64,000 bases of DNA from Eledone cirrhosa. Taxonomy: Eukaryota. A model generated the notes under the pieces. It made no database searches and had not been told where the DNA came from. It was given only the letters and a program-made list of their open reading frames with translations. The number at the start of each line of letters is the position of its first letter. Position 1 is the stretch's first letter. A program made the translations under genes and the position numbers. Location of the stretch: positions 154,442,001 to 154,506,000 of the forward strand of contig OZ024741.1 of assembly GCA_964016885.1 (NCBI GenBank). The letters run 5' to 3'. This document shows, piece by piece, positions 50,501 through 64,000 of this stretch.

Positions 50501-53500
50501 ATACCACCACCACCACCACCACTACCACCGTCACAACCACTGGCACCACAATCATCATCTCTACCACTGTACCTACAATACCACCACCACCACCACTACC
50601 ACCATCACAACCACTGGCACCACAATCATCATCTCTACCACTATACCTACAATACCACCACCACCACCACTACCACCATCACAACCACTGGCACCACAAT
50701 CATCATCTCTACCACTATACCTACAATACCACCACCACCACCACTACCACCATCACAACCACTGGCACCACAATCATCATCTCTACCACTATACCTACAA
50801 TACCACCACCACCACCACCACTACCACCGTCACAACCACTGGCACCACAATCATCATCTCTACCACTGTACCTACAATACCACCACCACCACCACTACCA
50901 CCATCACAACCACTGGCACCACAATCATCATCTCTACCACTATACCTACAATACCACCACCACCACCACTACCACCATCACAACCACTGGCACCACAATC
51001 ATCATCTCTACCACTATACCTACAATACCACCACCACCACCACTACCACCATCACAACCACTGGCACCACGATCATCATCTCTACCACTATACCTACAAT
51101 ACCACCACCACCACCACTACCACCGTCACAACCACTGGCACCACAATCATCATCTCTACCACTATACCTACAATACCACCACCACCACCACTACCACCGT
51201 CACAACCACTGGCACCACAATCATCATCTCTACCACTATACCTACAATACCACCACCACCACCACTACCACCGTCACAACCACTGGCACCACAATCATCA
51301 TCTCTACCACTATACCTACAATACCACCACCACCACCACTACCACCATCACAACCACTGGCACCACAATCATCATCTCTACCACTATACCTACAATAACA
51401 CCACCACCTCCACTACCACCGTCACAACCACTGGCACCACAATCATCATCTCTACCACTATACCTACAATACCACCACCACCACCACTACCACCATCACA
51501 ACCACTGGCACCACGATCATCATCTCTACCACTATACCTACAATACCACCACCACCACCACTACCACCATCACAACCACTGGCACCACAATCATCATCTC
51601 TACCACTGTACCTACAATACCACCACCACCACCACTACCACCATCACAACCACTGGCACCACGATCATCATCTCTACCACTATACCTACAATACCACCAC
51701 CACCACCACTACCACCATCACAACCACTGGCACCACAATCATCATCTCTACCACTGTACCTACAATACCACCACCACCACCACTACCACCATCACAACCA
51801 CTGGCACCACAATCATCATCTCTACCACTATACCTACAATACCACCACCACCTCCACTACCACCGTCACAACCACTGGCACCACAATCATCATCTCTACC
51901 ACTATACCTACAATACCACCACCACCACCACCACTACCACCGTCACAACCACTGGCACCACAATCATCATCTCTACCACTATACCTACAATACCACCACC
52001 ACCTCCACTACCACCGTCACAACCACTGGCACCACAATCATCATCTCTACCACTATACCTACAATACCACCACCACCACCACCACTACCACCGTCACAAC
52101 CACTGGCACCACAATCATCATCTCTACCACTATACCTACAATACCACCACCACCACCACCACTACCACCGTCACAACCACTGGCACCACAATCATCATCT
52201 CTACCACTATACCTACAATACCACCACCACCACCACCATCACAACCACTGGCACCACAATCATCATCTCTACCACTGTACCTACAATACCACCACCACCA
52301 CCACTACCACCGTCACAACCACTGGCACCACAATCATCATCTCTACCACTATACCTACAATACCACCACCACCTCCACTACCACCGTCACAACCACTGGC
52401 ACCACAATCATCATCTCTACCACTATACCTACAATACCACCACCACCACCACCATCACAACCACTGGCACCACAATCATCATCTCTACCACTATACCTAC
52501 AATACCACCACCACCACCACTACCACCATCACAACCACTGGCACCACAATCATCATCTCTACCACTATACCTACAATACCACCACCACCACCACTACCAC
52601 CATCACAACCACTGGCACCACAATCATCATCTCTACCACTATACCTACAATACCACCACCACTACCACCATCACAACCACTGGCACCACAATCATCATCT
52701 CTACCACTATACCTACAATACCACCACCACCACCACCACTACCAGCATCACAACCACTGGCACCACAATCATCATCTCTACCACTATACCTACAATACCA
52801 CCACCACCACCACTACCACCATCACAACCACTGGCACCACAATCATCATCTCTACCACTATACCTACAATACCACCACCACTACCACCACTACCACCATC
52901 ACAACCACTGGCACCACAATCATCATCTCTACCACTGTACCTACAATACCACCACCACCACCACTACCACCATCACAACCACTGGCACCACAATCATCAT
53001 CTCTACCACTGTACCTACAATACCACCACCACTACCACCACTACCACCATCACAACCACTGGCACCACAATCATCATCTCTACCACTGTACCTACAATAC
53101 CACCACCACTACCACCACTACCACCATCACAACCACTGGCACCACAATCATCATCTCTACCACTGTACCTACAATACCACCACCACCACCACTACCACCA
53201 TCACAACCACTGGCACCACAATCATCATCTCTACCACTGTACCTACAATACCACCACCACCACCACCACTACCACCGTCACAACCACTGGCACCACAATC
53301 ATCATCTCTACCACTATACCTACAATACCACCACCACCACCACTACCACCATCACAACCACTGGCACCACAATCATCATCTCTACCACTATACCTACAAT
53401 ACCACCACCACCACCACTACCACCATCACAACCACTGGCACCACAATCATCATCTCTACCACTATACCTACAATACCACCACCACCACCACTACCACCAT

Positions 53501-54530
53501 CACAACCACTGGCACCACAATCATCATCTCTACCACTATACCTACAATACCACCACCACCACCACTACCACCATCACAACCACTGGCACCACAATCATCA
53601 TCTCTACCACTATACCTACAATACCACCACCACCACCACTACCACCGTCACAACCACTGGCACCACAATCATCATCTCTACCACTATACCTACAATACCA
53701 CCACCACCACCACTACCACCATCACAACCACTGGCACCACAATCATCATCTCTACCACTATACCTACAATACCACCACCACCACCACCACTACCACCATC
53801 ACAACCACTGGCACCACGATCATCATCTCTACCACTATACCTACAATACCACCACCACCACCACCACTACCACCGTCACAACCACTGGCACCACAATCAT
53901 CATCTCTACCACTATACCTACAATACCACCACCACCACCACCACTACCACCATCACAACCACAGGCACCACAATCATCATCTCTACCACTATACCTACAA
54001 TACCACCACCACCACCACTACCACCATCACAACCACTGGCACCACAATCATCATCTCTACCACTATACCTACAATACCACCACCACCACCACTACCACCG
54101 TCACAACCACTGGCACCACGATCATCATCTCTACCACTATACCTACAATACCACCACCACCACCACCACTACCACCGTCACAACCACTGGCACCACAATC
54201 ATCATCTCTACCACTATACCTACAATACCACCACCACCACCACTACCACCGTCACAACCACTGGCACCACAATCATCATCTCTACCACTATACCTACAAT
54301 ACCACCACCACCACCACTACCACCGTCACAACCACTGGCACCACAATCATCATCTCTACCACTATACCTACAATACCACCACCACTACCACCATCACAAC
54401 CACTGGCACCACAATCATCATCTCTACCACTATACCTACAATACCACCACCACCACCGTCACAACCACTGGCACCACAATCATCATCTCTACCACTATAC
54501 CTACAATACCACCACCACCACCACCTCTGC
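47560..54530 (+). repeat. ~7 kb C/A-rich minisatellite, modal unit 74 bp (~90 copies)
   Basis: Unit accactggcaccacaatcatcatctctaccactatacctacaata(cca)n ctaccaccatcaca; spacing 48059/48133/48207 = 74; variants differ by multiples of 3. Confidence 0.97.
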
Positions 54531-55009
54531 CACTACCACAGTTACCTTCACCATCACAACCTCTGCTACTACCACAGTTACCTTCACCATCACTGACACC
54601 ACCACTATTCCACCACTACCTCTGAAACCACTCCACTACTAACACCAACACTGTCACCTCTGCCCCAACTGCTGCCACCTCCACTGACCCCCATATGCAA
54701 CAACCACTACTACCACCTACACCATCACCTACGCCATCACCAACACCTACACCACCACCTACACCATCACCAACACCTACACCACCAGCTACACCATCAG
54801 GAACCACCTACACCATCACCGCCACCTACACCACCACCACCTACACCACCACCACCTACACCATCACCATCATCACCACCACCACCTACACCACCACCAC
54901 CACCTACACCATCACCACCACCACCACCACCACCTACACCACCACCTACACCACCACCACCACCACCACCAGTACTACAACAACAACTACTGATAATATT
55001 GAACAATAT

Positions 55010-55965
55010 TTTGTTTGTGTAGGAGTATGTGTGTGTACATGTGTATGTGTCTTTGTATGAACCTATCTGTGTGTCTATATGTGTATGTATCTGTGTGTGC
55101 ATATTTCTGTGTGTGTGTGTGTGTCTGTCTATGTGTGTGTACCGCTGTGTCTGTATATGTCTGTAAATCTGTGTGTATGTGTGTGTGTACCTCTGTGTCT
55201 GTATATGTCTGTAAATCTGTGTGTGTGTCCATGTCTGTGTATATGTGTTTATGAGTCTGGATCAATGTGTCCCACTGTGTATATATATATGTGTGTGTCT
55301 GAGTATGTATCTATGCATGTGTGTGTGTCATTGTGTTTGTGTCTATGTATATGTATGTGGGTCTGTGCATATGTATATGTGCCTATGTGTATGTGTCTCG
55401 GTATGTGTATATGTATCAATGTGTGTGTGTATCTGTATGTGTGTAACTGTGTCTCTATATATGTGTGTATTTGCATGCGTGTGTTTATGTGTGTGAGTTT
55501 GTGTCTGTGTATGTGTATGTGTGTAACAGTGTCTATGTATATGTATATGTATTTGCATATGTGTGTGTGTATTTGTGTCTATGGGTGTATGTATGTATTT
55601 ATGTGTGTGAGTCTGTGTGTATCTGTGTGTCTATGTATATGTGTGTGTATTTGCATATATGTGTGTGTGCTTGTGTCCGTGAGTATGTGTCTACATGTGT
55701 GTGTGTATGTGTGCATGTGTCTGTTTATGTCTGTGTGTGTACGTTTGTGTCTTTGTGTATATGCATGTGTTTATGTGTGTCTGTGTGCATATGTCTATGT
55801 GTGTGTGTAACTGAGTGTCTATGTATATGTGTGTGCATATTTGCATGTTTGTATCTGTGTCCGTGTATGTGTGTGTGTATGCATGCGCATGTCTGTGTTT
55901 GTGTTTATGTGTGTGTATTTGCATGTGTGCATGTGTGTGACTGTGTGTGTCCGTGTATGTGTGAA
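55010..55965. repeat. Degenerate (GT/AT)n low-complexity tract; similar tract at 44450-44960; (CAT)n tract at 56160-56460
   Basis: Direct inspection; source of many spurious ORFs. Confidence 0.95.
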
Positions 55966-56929
55966 GCAGTAGCTGCTGAAGTTAATCAACATCAGTAATT
56001 AACCATTCGTTAAGTAATCAACACAACTGAAATATTTAAACATTTCCTCCCCCACTGTGAACAGCTTCCTCATACAACCTCCCAATATTGTCATCACCAC
56101 CACCATCACTCCCACACCACCCCAACATCACTTTTAATACTACCACCTTTCTAACAACTCAAGTAGTGTCATCATCATCATCATCATTGTCATCACCACT
56201 GTTGTTACCCCTGCCACCAGCATTTTCCTACTACAACCTCTTCTCTTACAACTGAAGTATTATCATCATCACTATAATCATCATTGTCATCATCATCATT
56301 ATGAATGTTGTTATCATCATCACCATAATCATCATTGCCATCGTCATCATCATCATCATCCTCGATGTTATCCTCCTCCTCCTTCTCCTTCCCCTCCTCG
56401 TTATCATCATTATCATCATTGTTGTCATTATTATCACCATCATTGTCATCATCATTAATACCACCAGCCCTACCAACATCTTCCTAATACATTCTTTTTA
56501 ACAACTCAAGTATTTATTGTCATCACCATCATTACCGTCACTATCTCCATTATAACTGTCCCTGAAGCAATTTTAATGTAATTTCCTTTTATTAAATCTG
56601 CAACCCCTGCAAGTCCTTTCTCCTTATACTTCTCTGTTATAAACTCTCATTCAGGTTCATGCCCCCACTTCAATGTTGAGGGTGGTGTGAAAGGAGTGGG
56701 TCTGTTTATTACCATGGTTCGGGCATAGGCGTGTGTTGAAGAATTTCACTTCACAACCGCATGGTTTTGAGTTCAGTCTCACTGCATGGCACCTTGAACA
56801 AGTGTCTTTTATAGCCAGAGGTTGACCAATGCCTTGTGAATGGAATTTGGTTGATAGAAACTGTGCAGAAACTCTTTATATATATATATATATATATGGA
56901 ATTTGGTTGATAGAAACTGTGCAGAAACT

Positions 56930-56999
<70 letters not shown>

Positions 57000-57109
57000 A
57001 ATTTGGTTGATAGAAACTGTGCAGAAACTCTTTATATATATATATATATATATATATATGGAATTTGGTTGATGGAAAGTGTGCAGAAACTCTTTATATA
57101 TATATATAT

Positions 57110-58146
57110 ATGTGGCCGGTGCTCTGGTGCAATAAGTAGCAGCAAGTGCCCACAAAATACTAGCCCTTTCAATTGCGCAGAGGGTTCTATAGAAATAGTG
57201 GACAGCTTCTGTTACCTGGGTGACAAAATCAGCAGTGGGGGAGGGTGCTCTGAAAGTACAGTAGCTAGAGTCAGAACTGGATGGAAAAAGTTCAGAGAGC
57301 TTATACCACTATTAGCCGTTAAAGGGTTCTCCCTAAAAATGAAAGGCAGGCTGTATGATGCCTGCATACGAACAGCAATGTTGCATGGCAGTGAGACCTG
57401 GGCATTGTGTGCAGAGGATATACGCAGACTAGAGAGGAACGAAGCTTGCATGCTCCGCTGGATGTGTAATAGTAATATACGCGAACGGCAAAGCATAAAC
57501 GAACTAAGGGAAAAATTAGAAATAAGAGGGATCAGATGTTGTTTACTCGAGAGAAGGCTACGTTGGTACGGTCACATGATGCGCATGAAAGACGACAGCT
57601 GTATAAAAAAGTGCAGGGCAATAAAGATAGACGGTAGCCACGGAGAAGGCAGACCCAGAAAAACCTGGGACGACCTGATAAACTCCGACCTCACACACTT
57701 ACACCTCTCCAAGACAATGTCACTGGACCGAGATCTTTGGCGGCACTCAGTAATAGAGAAGACCCGCCTTACCTAAATACAAAGTAAAACCTACTACAGT
57801 CAGTAGGCATCTCTAACAAAATACACCCTCGCCCCACCACCCCCACTCCATCCACACCGCCCCTTTCAATGTAAAGGCCAAAACAAATGAGATCGTGTAG
57901 ATGTCACGACAAAAAAAACACACAGTCCACGCTGTAATGTGGCCGTGTAGGCAACACGGTAAAAACCTCCCAGCCCCACACTGTAAATGTGGTTGGTGTT
58001 AGGAAGGGCATCCAGCTGTAGAAAACCAGCCAGACAGTCCTATGTGAGCAAGACAACCACTCTTGCCTCAAGTGGGAAAACTCCCGTCCAAACCCATGCA
58101 AGCATGGAACACGGACGTTAAACGATGATGATGATGATGATGATGA
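57110..58146 (+). mobile_element. RTE LINE 3' end (ORF2 C-terminus, 3'UTR, (GAT)n tail)
   Basis: VDSFCYLGD...RRLRWYGHMMRM...GRPRKTW, stop at 57776, 3'UTR with ~45-bp subrepeats. Confidence 0.92.
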
Positions 58147-58179
58147 TATGGAATTTGGTTGATAGAAACTGTGCAGAAA

Positions 58180-58219
<40 letters not shown>

Positions 58220-58481
58220 AGTTTCTGCACAGTTTCCATCAACCAAATTCCATTCACAAGGCATTTTTCAATCATATATTATTATTTGTTTGACCTGAAT
58301 AGCTTGCTCGCTTTTTGGCTTTGCGGTTAATGGTTTAACCATCGTTTCAGTGTGAATGACCTTTTTAATGTATATTTATTGCTCTAGTTCATTTGTATCT
58401 ATCGAGCGCTTGCCACACAATTTGGAAGTTTTTTTTCGCTAATTTCCACTAGCCGAAATGCGATTCTCGCTAATTTATATT

Positions 58482-58522
<41 letters not shown>

Positions 58523-59029
58523 AAGTAAATTTATTTTTAAATGTCCCACATGGACAAAAATATAAGGAAAGGAAATTGAAAATGCAACTGGAGTCTTTTA
58601 AGAATATTTATTTACTTTACCAGTTTCACAGTTCTTATGATTATCAAAAGTAAAATGGAGATGGAGGGTTTGTGTTTCTGTTGTGGTGTGTCTCACACCT
58701 AGTTGGAGTTCAAAAATTATTTCTGTTTTATATGGAAAAAGTGGCTCAGATTGCTATTTGTTTAAAATGTAATTTGGTTGGTTGATGACAGTCATGTGAT
58801 TAGGTAAAGTAATTTTCACGCTGGAAAAAATGGCTCAAAATTGCTTTTTGCCATTTTATTTGTTGGTGACAGTCACGTGATTAGGCATAGTAATTTTTGC
58901 GCAAAAATTGATGGTCAGAAAGTAAGAGAAGTGTAGAAGAATTGGAGTGTTTTGGTTCAGTGAGTATGGCTGATGTTGGCATGTTGAGGAATGTCAGATT
59001 TTAAGAGGTGTCAACACATCTTAGAGGGA

Positions 59030-60372
59030 CCAGCTATTGAAATCGGTAGTTATAAGGTCAAACAAGCAATCAAAGAAATGAAAAATGGTAAAGCCACTGG
59101 TCCATCAGAGATAGTCACTGAGATGTTGAAAACTGGTGAACCAGGAGTTGAATAAGTCAAACACAGACCCTAGCTAAGTGGAAGTCTCTATATCCCCTTT
59201 TTGTTGATGTGGAGAAGGCCTTTGACAGGATTCCATGATCTGTCATCTGGTGGTCCCTTAGGAAACTAGATATAAAAGAATGGCTTGTGAGAGTAGTGAA
59301 AGCCATGTATAGAGGAGCTGTCAGTAAAGTGAGAGTAGGTAATAAATTTAGTGAAGAATTTAAGGTGCAGGTAGGAGCTCATCAAGGCTCATTTCTCAGC
59401 CCACTCCTGTTTATTATAGTTTTTCAGGCCATAACAGAGGAGTTTAAGATTGGCTCTCCAAAACAACTTTAGTGTAATCATTACCTGCTTCTTATAGATG
59501 AGTCTGAGGGAGAGCTAGAGAAGAAATTTGAGCTTTGGAAACAATGGAAAGACAAAAGTTTTAGTAAGTAGGAAAGAAGACAGGACCCTGATCTCAATAA
59601 GGAAATGACAGTACTTGATATGTAGAAAAGGAGTAGATTGAAACTCTATATGATGTACACAATGTAGAACTTGAGTACACAAGAGGTGTAGTAGGATAGC
59701 AGGTAGATTAACAGAAAAGGTAGACTTTGTATATAGTAGAGGTACAAGGATATTTGGTACTAAGAGCATTAGCAAATTAAATCTTTTTTAATCTCAGGAA
59801 GGATTCAAAGAAGTGGTTGGTAGCTTCTGCTATATAGGTGATCTAAAAACAGTGAAGGAAGTTGCTCCATGAACATAGTTGCTAGAATAAGAACAGGATG
59901 GAAAAAGTCTAAGGAACTACTACTTACGAAAAACAGGCCAGTTGTATGGCACTTATGTGTGATGCTGGATGAAAGTGAGACATAGATAGTAAATGCAAAG
60001 GATATATGAAGGTTTGAGAGAAATAAAACAAGTATGCTTCAATGGATATGCAATGTTAATGTGCATGAATGATGAATAATGGATGAACTGAGAGAAAAAC
60101 TGGGTTTAAGAGAAATCAGGTGTAGTGTGCAAGAGAGACTATTGCATTGGTATGGATATGTGATGCATATGGATGATGATCATTGGGTGAAGAATTGCCA
60201 AGAAATCCCTGTGGAGGAAAATCACAGTAGAGAAAAACTAAGGAAGACCTGTAAGGAAGTGATGAGAGCTAATAGAGGAGATTGCAAAGGACTGCAATGA
60301 ATGGGATGATGCTGAAAAAGATCCATCCATCTAAGCATGAAAAAGTGGACACAAAATGGTGATGGTGATGAT
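59030..60372 (+). mobile_element. Degenerate RTE LINE (RT domain to tail)
   Basis: FVDVEKAFD, GAHQGSFLSPLLF and RLLHWYGYV motifs with many stops. Confidence 0.85.
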
Positions 60373-60379
60373 TCTATAT

Positions 60380-61290
60380 TATCATCATCACCGTTTTACG
60401 TCCGTTCTTCCACCCTAGCATGGGTTAGACAGGTTGTCCTGTTGTGGGCAGTGTCCGGTCGGCTGACCATGCTTTGCTCATACAGGAACTGATTTTGGCT
60501 TGATTTCTACAGCTGGATGCCCTTCCTAACACCAACCTCATTTACAGTGAGTGCTGGGTGCTTTTTTCCGTGGCGCCTACACGACCACTTTACAGTGTGG
60601 GCTGGGTGCTTTTTTGCCATGGCACCTCCACGACCACTTTGCAGTGGGAGGGTGTGGGGGCATATTGTCTATATGCTTCAGCTTGTACCCATGGGAGGTC
60701 GGGTACTCTGTATTACTGCGTGATGCCAGAGGTCACGGTCGTGTGTCATCGCCTTTCAGAGGTGCAACTGGGTAAGGTCGGCTTTTATCACCTCATCCCA
60801 GGTCTTCATGGGTCTCCCCACTCCGCGGTTTCCATTGACTTTTAGTGCTCTGCACATTTTTATGCAGCTGTCATACTTCATACATATCACAGGTCCATAC
60901 CAACGCAACCGCCTCTCCTGCACACAGCATTTGATTCCTCTGATGCTCAGTCTCTTTCTCAATTCATTTATGCTTTGCCGTTCGTGTATATTACTATTAC
61001 ACATCCATTGGAGCATGCAGGCTTCGTTTCTCTCTAATCTATGTAAGTCTTCCACCTTCAGTGCCCAGGTCTCACTACCATGTAACATTGCTGTTCGGAT
61101 ATATGCATCATACAGTCTGCCTTTCATTTTGAGGGAGAAGCCTTTTGCAGCTAGCAGTGGCAGTAGTTCCCTGAACTTCTTCCATCCCGTTCTTACCCTA
61201 GTTATTGTACTTTCTGAACACCCACCTCCGCTGCTAATTCGGTCACCTAGGTAGCAGAAGCTGTCTACTGCTTCTACAGAGCCCTCCCAG
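60380..61290 (-). mobile_element. RTE LINE 3' end, same subfamily as 34170-34702
   Basis: 61050-61290 is nearly the reverse complement of 34463-34702; continues to the 3'UTR and (GAT)n tail. Confidence 0.92.
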
Positions 61291-61319
61291 ATATATATAT
61301 ATAATCATCATCGTCATTG

Positions 61320-62172
61320 TCATATGTCACTGGATTGAGATCTCTGGCGCCATGCAGTAATACAGAAGATCCGCCTTTCCTACGTACAAAGTTAACCTAC
61401 AGTCAATAGGCCCCTCCAAACCAAACATACACCCCAACCCACTACCCCTACTCCATCCTTCCACTCTCGCCAACATCACCCCTTTTTTCTATAAAGTTAT
61501 GTTGGTACCACAACATCCAGTCCAAACTAATGAGGTTGTGTAGGTGTCACAACAAAAAAACACAGTCCACGCTGTAATGTGGTCATGTAGGTAACACGGT
61601 AAAAAGCTCCCAGTCCACACTGTAAATGTGGTTGGTGTTAGGAAGGGCATCCAACCAGATAGTCCTATAAGAGCAAGACACGGTCACCCGACCAATCTTG
61701 CCTCAAGTAGGACAATTCCCGTCTAACCCATGCTAGCATGGAAGATAGACGTTAAATGATGATGATGATGATATATATATATATATATTTACACACACAC
61801 ATATGTATATACACATTTATATACATATACATATATATATATATATGCATAGATGAGTTGAGAGAGAAACTGTATAAGAGGGATAAGTGGTAGTGTGCGG
61901 GAGAGAAGACTGTGACTGTATGGACATGTGATGCGCATGGAGGATGACTGCTTGGTAAAGCAGTGCCAAGAAATCCCAGTAGAAGGAAGACGCAGTAGAG
62001 GAAGACCACGAAAAACATGGGCAGAGGTGGTGGGAGTGGACCTCAGATTGCTGAAGCTTATGGAGGAGATGACGAAGGACCGTGACAAGTGGAGAGATGC
62101 TGTGCTGAATAGGACCCGTCCCACCCTTGCAAGCAGGAAAAAGCGGATGTAAAATGATGATGATGATGATGC
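61320..62172 (+). mobile_element. Two adjacent RTE 3' fragments (61320-61772 and 61850-62172)
   Basis: The first matches the 57720-58146 3'UTR; the second encodes MRMEDD...GRPRKTW...DRDKWR and ends in (GAT)n. Confidence 0.85.
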
Positions 62173-62639
62173 ATATAAGGCAATAAATTGGCAGAGTTGT
62201 TAGAACAATGGATAGAATGCTTTGCAGTATTTTTTCCAGTTCTCTGCACTCTGAGTTCAAATCCTGCTGAGGTCAGCATTGTCTTACATACTTCCAAGAT
62301 CAATAAAAAAGTACCAGTCCAGTACTGGGTCAATTTTTCCTCTCTATCACTCTCTTTCCTTACTTCAGAAGAAATTGGCCATATTAGATCTGGAGAGGGA
62401 TGGGGTTCACTAGGCTTAAACAAAATGCCCAAGAAATGCTGTATGTCACTACAGCACCCCTGTGAGTCTATGAGGAGTTATGGCTCTATACATACATGCA
62501 CAATACCCCCCCCCCCCATATATATATATAGTATGATTAGCAATAACATCACACCTAGCCAAGTAGAGACCACCATTAACACCAACTGGACTAATATCTA
62601 AAACTGCTGAAGCCTCCTTAGTAGATTAAAGAGTATCTT

Positions 62640-63250
62640 CATCACCATAAACAGTAAACTCCCCAACTTCTACCATCTCATCAAAACTCATAAAACAGGA
62701 CCCATTGTTTCTGGCATAAACGGTCCTTTCTATAAAATCTGGCTTCTTTCCAGACTCCTCAAACCTCTCATTCACACTTTCCCCGGACATGGAGATATTT
62801 CACAAGTAGTCAACAGACTAAAAGAACTTGACCCCACCACTTGGACAGAATAGATACCCTTTTAGTTTAGATGTAGATTACCTCAACACCTCTGTCCCCG
62901 CCTCCCTGGCCATCGACTTAATTACTGATAACATTATCACCTCTACCGATCTCAATTGTTTTGGGCTCACTGCTGTTGACATCTGTCAACTGCTCCCTAT
63001 CGTCATGTGCAACCCTTTTTTCCAGTTTGAGGGCTCTGTATACAAACAAATCTCAGGACTTCCGATGGGGTTAAACCTCTCAGGCTTACTGGCCATCATG
63101 TACATGGACCAGTTGGAGAGCACAGTACTCACCACCTGCCGCTCTTCTTCTCCAGGAACGTGGATGACATCTTTGTGCTCACTTCATCATGTAAAGAAGC
63201 CGTCAAGACCTACAAAAGCTTTGAAAACATTGACGCATACATAAAATTTG
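62640..63250 (+). mobile_element. Penelope-like RT core fragment
   Basis: PNFYHLIKTHK, PIVS, FSLDV, FFQFEGSVYKQISGLPMG...LAIMYM and NVDDIF motifs across frameshifts. Confidence 0.88.
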
Positions 63251-64000
63251 ACAGGATCCCTCTCTCTATATGTACAATATAAATATCATCATCATCATTT
63301 AATGTCTGTTCTCCCTGCTAGCAAGGGTTGGACAGGTCTACATGGACCTAGTCAGTATTGAAGCTGGGCAACTGATCTCCCAGACAGGCTGAGTGGTCTC
63401 TATCCTGCTTACATATGGTCATATCGAGTGCAAAGGAAAAATTATCATATCTTTGACCAAACTGAAGGGTTCTCCTAACTCCTTGTTTGGAAAGCTTTCT
63501 ACAGCTGGATGCCATTCCTGCCATGAACCAATTTACAGCTTGTACTCTGTGTATTTATTGTGTAGATCACCAACACTAGGGAGGCTGTCATGTCCTTGAC
63601 ACAACTAAAGGGTCCACTCAACCCTTTTAAGCATGGTTTCTATAGTAGGGTGCTTTTCCTGTTGCCAACCACCCTTACAGGGTGTACCTGGTGCATTTTT
63701 GTGGTGAGGGATGTGGTCAATATGCTTGGGGTGGGGGCATGAGGAAGAAATAGGTAGGGGTAAGGTTTTGGGATTAGCTGATTAGTGCATAGGGAAAGGA
63801 GATGTAGTGGTGAGGGGCATATGGTTGATAGAGATGGGGGGTGGGGGTGGGGGTGGGGGTAACAATTTATAACACTATTTTAGGTTGCATGGCGAGATTT
63901 AGATTACATTATCGCAAATTTTAAAAAGCCTGCCTTTCATCAGGTGTCAAATTTTAAAATGTGTGAATGAGATTTTGAAATCAGATCCCATGGGAAGAGA

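Noticed and set aside
54987-56501. Cys/Val-, His/Thr- and Ile-rich ORFs (also 29-325, 44379-45715, etc.)
   Set aside because: Translations of (GT)n, (AT)n and (CAT)n microsatellites.
56829-57110. N-terminal part of the 315-aa ORF
   Set aside because: Chance in-frame fusion of SINE-tail/(TA)n repeats to an RTE C-terminus.

Overview
AT-rich, repeat-dense eukaryotic DNA; the microsatellite load and SINE/RTE/CR1/Penelope content suggest a cephalopod (Octopus-like) genome (inference). Genes read from the sequence: a complete 4-exon riboflavin kinase (RFK, minus strand, 17923-30644, 156 aa); an intronless glutaredoxin-3/PICOT (GLRX3, 31726-32697) head-to-head with RFK; and an orphan ORF (3980-5665) with an N-terminal membrane anchor and twelve 30-aa repeats. 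The most striking structure is a non-autonomous Helitron (38766-~41005). It carries a ~790-bp-arm inverted duplication in which each arm holds the first coding exon of an RMND5/GID2-like E3-ligase gene plus the 3' end of a Tx1/L1 LINE, so it could produce a long hairpin RNA matching a host gene. The window also holds several Penelope-associated minimal hammerhead ribozyme motifs (one sense-oriented in an RFK intron), a ~7 kb 74-bp minisatellite with a 1450-bp higher-order duplication, a Tc2-like DNA transposon and a SINE built from two RTE LINE 3' ends. All calls come from reading the sequence by eye with no database searches; repeat boundaries are approximate.
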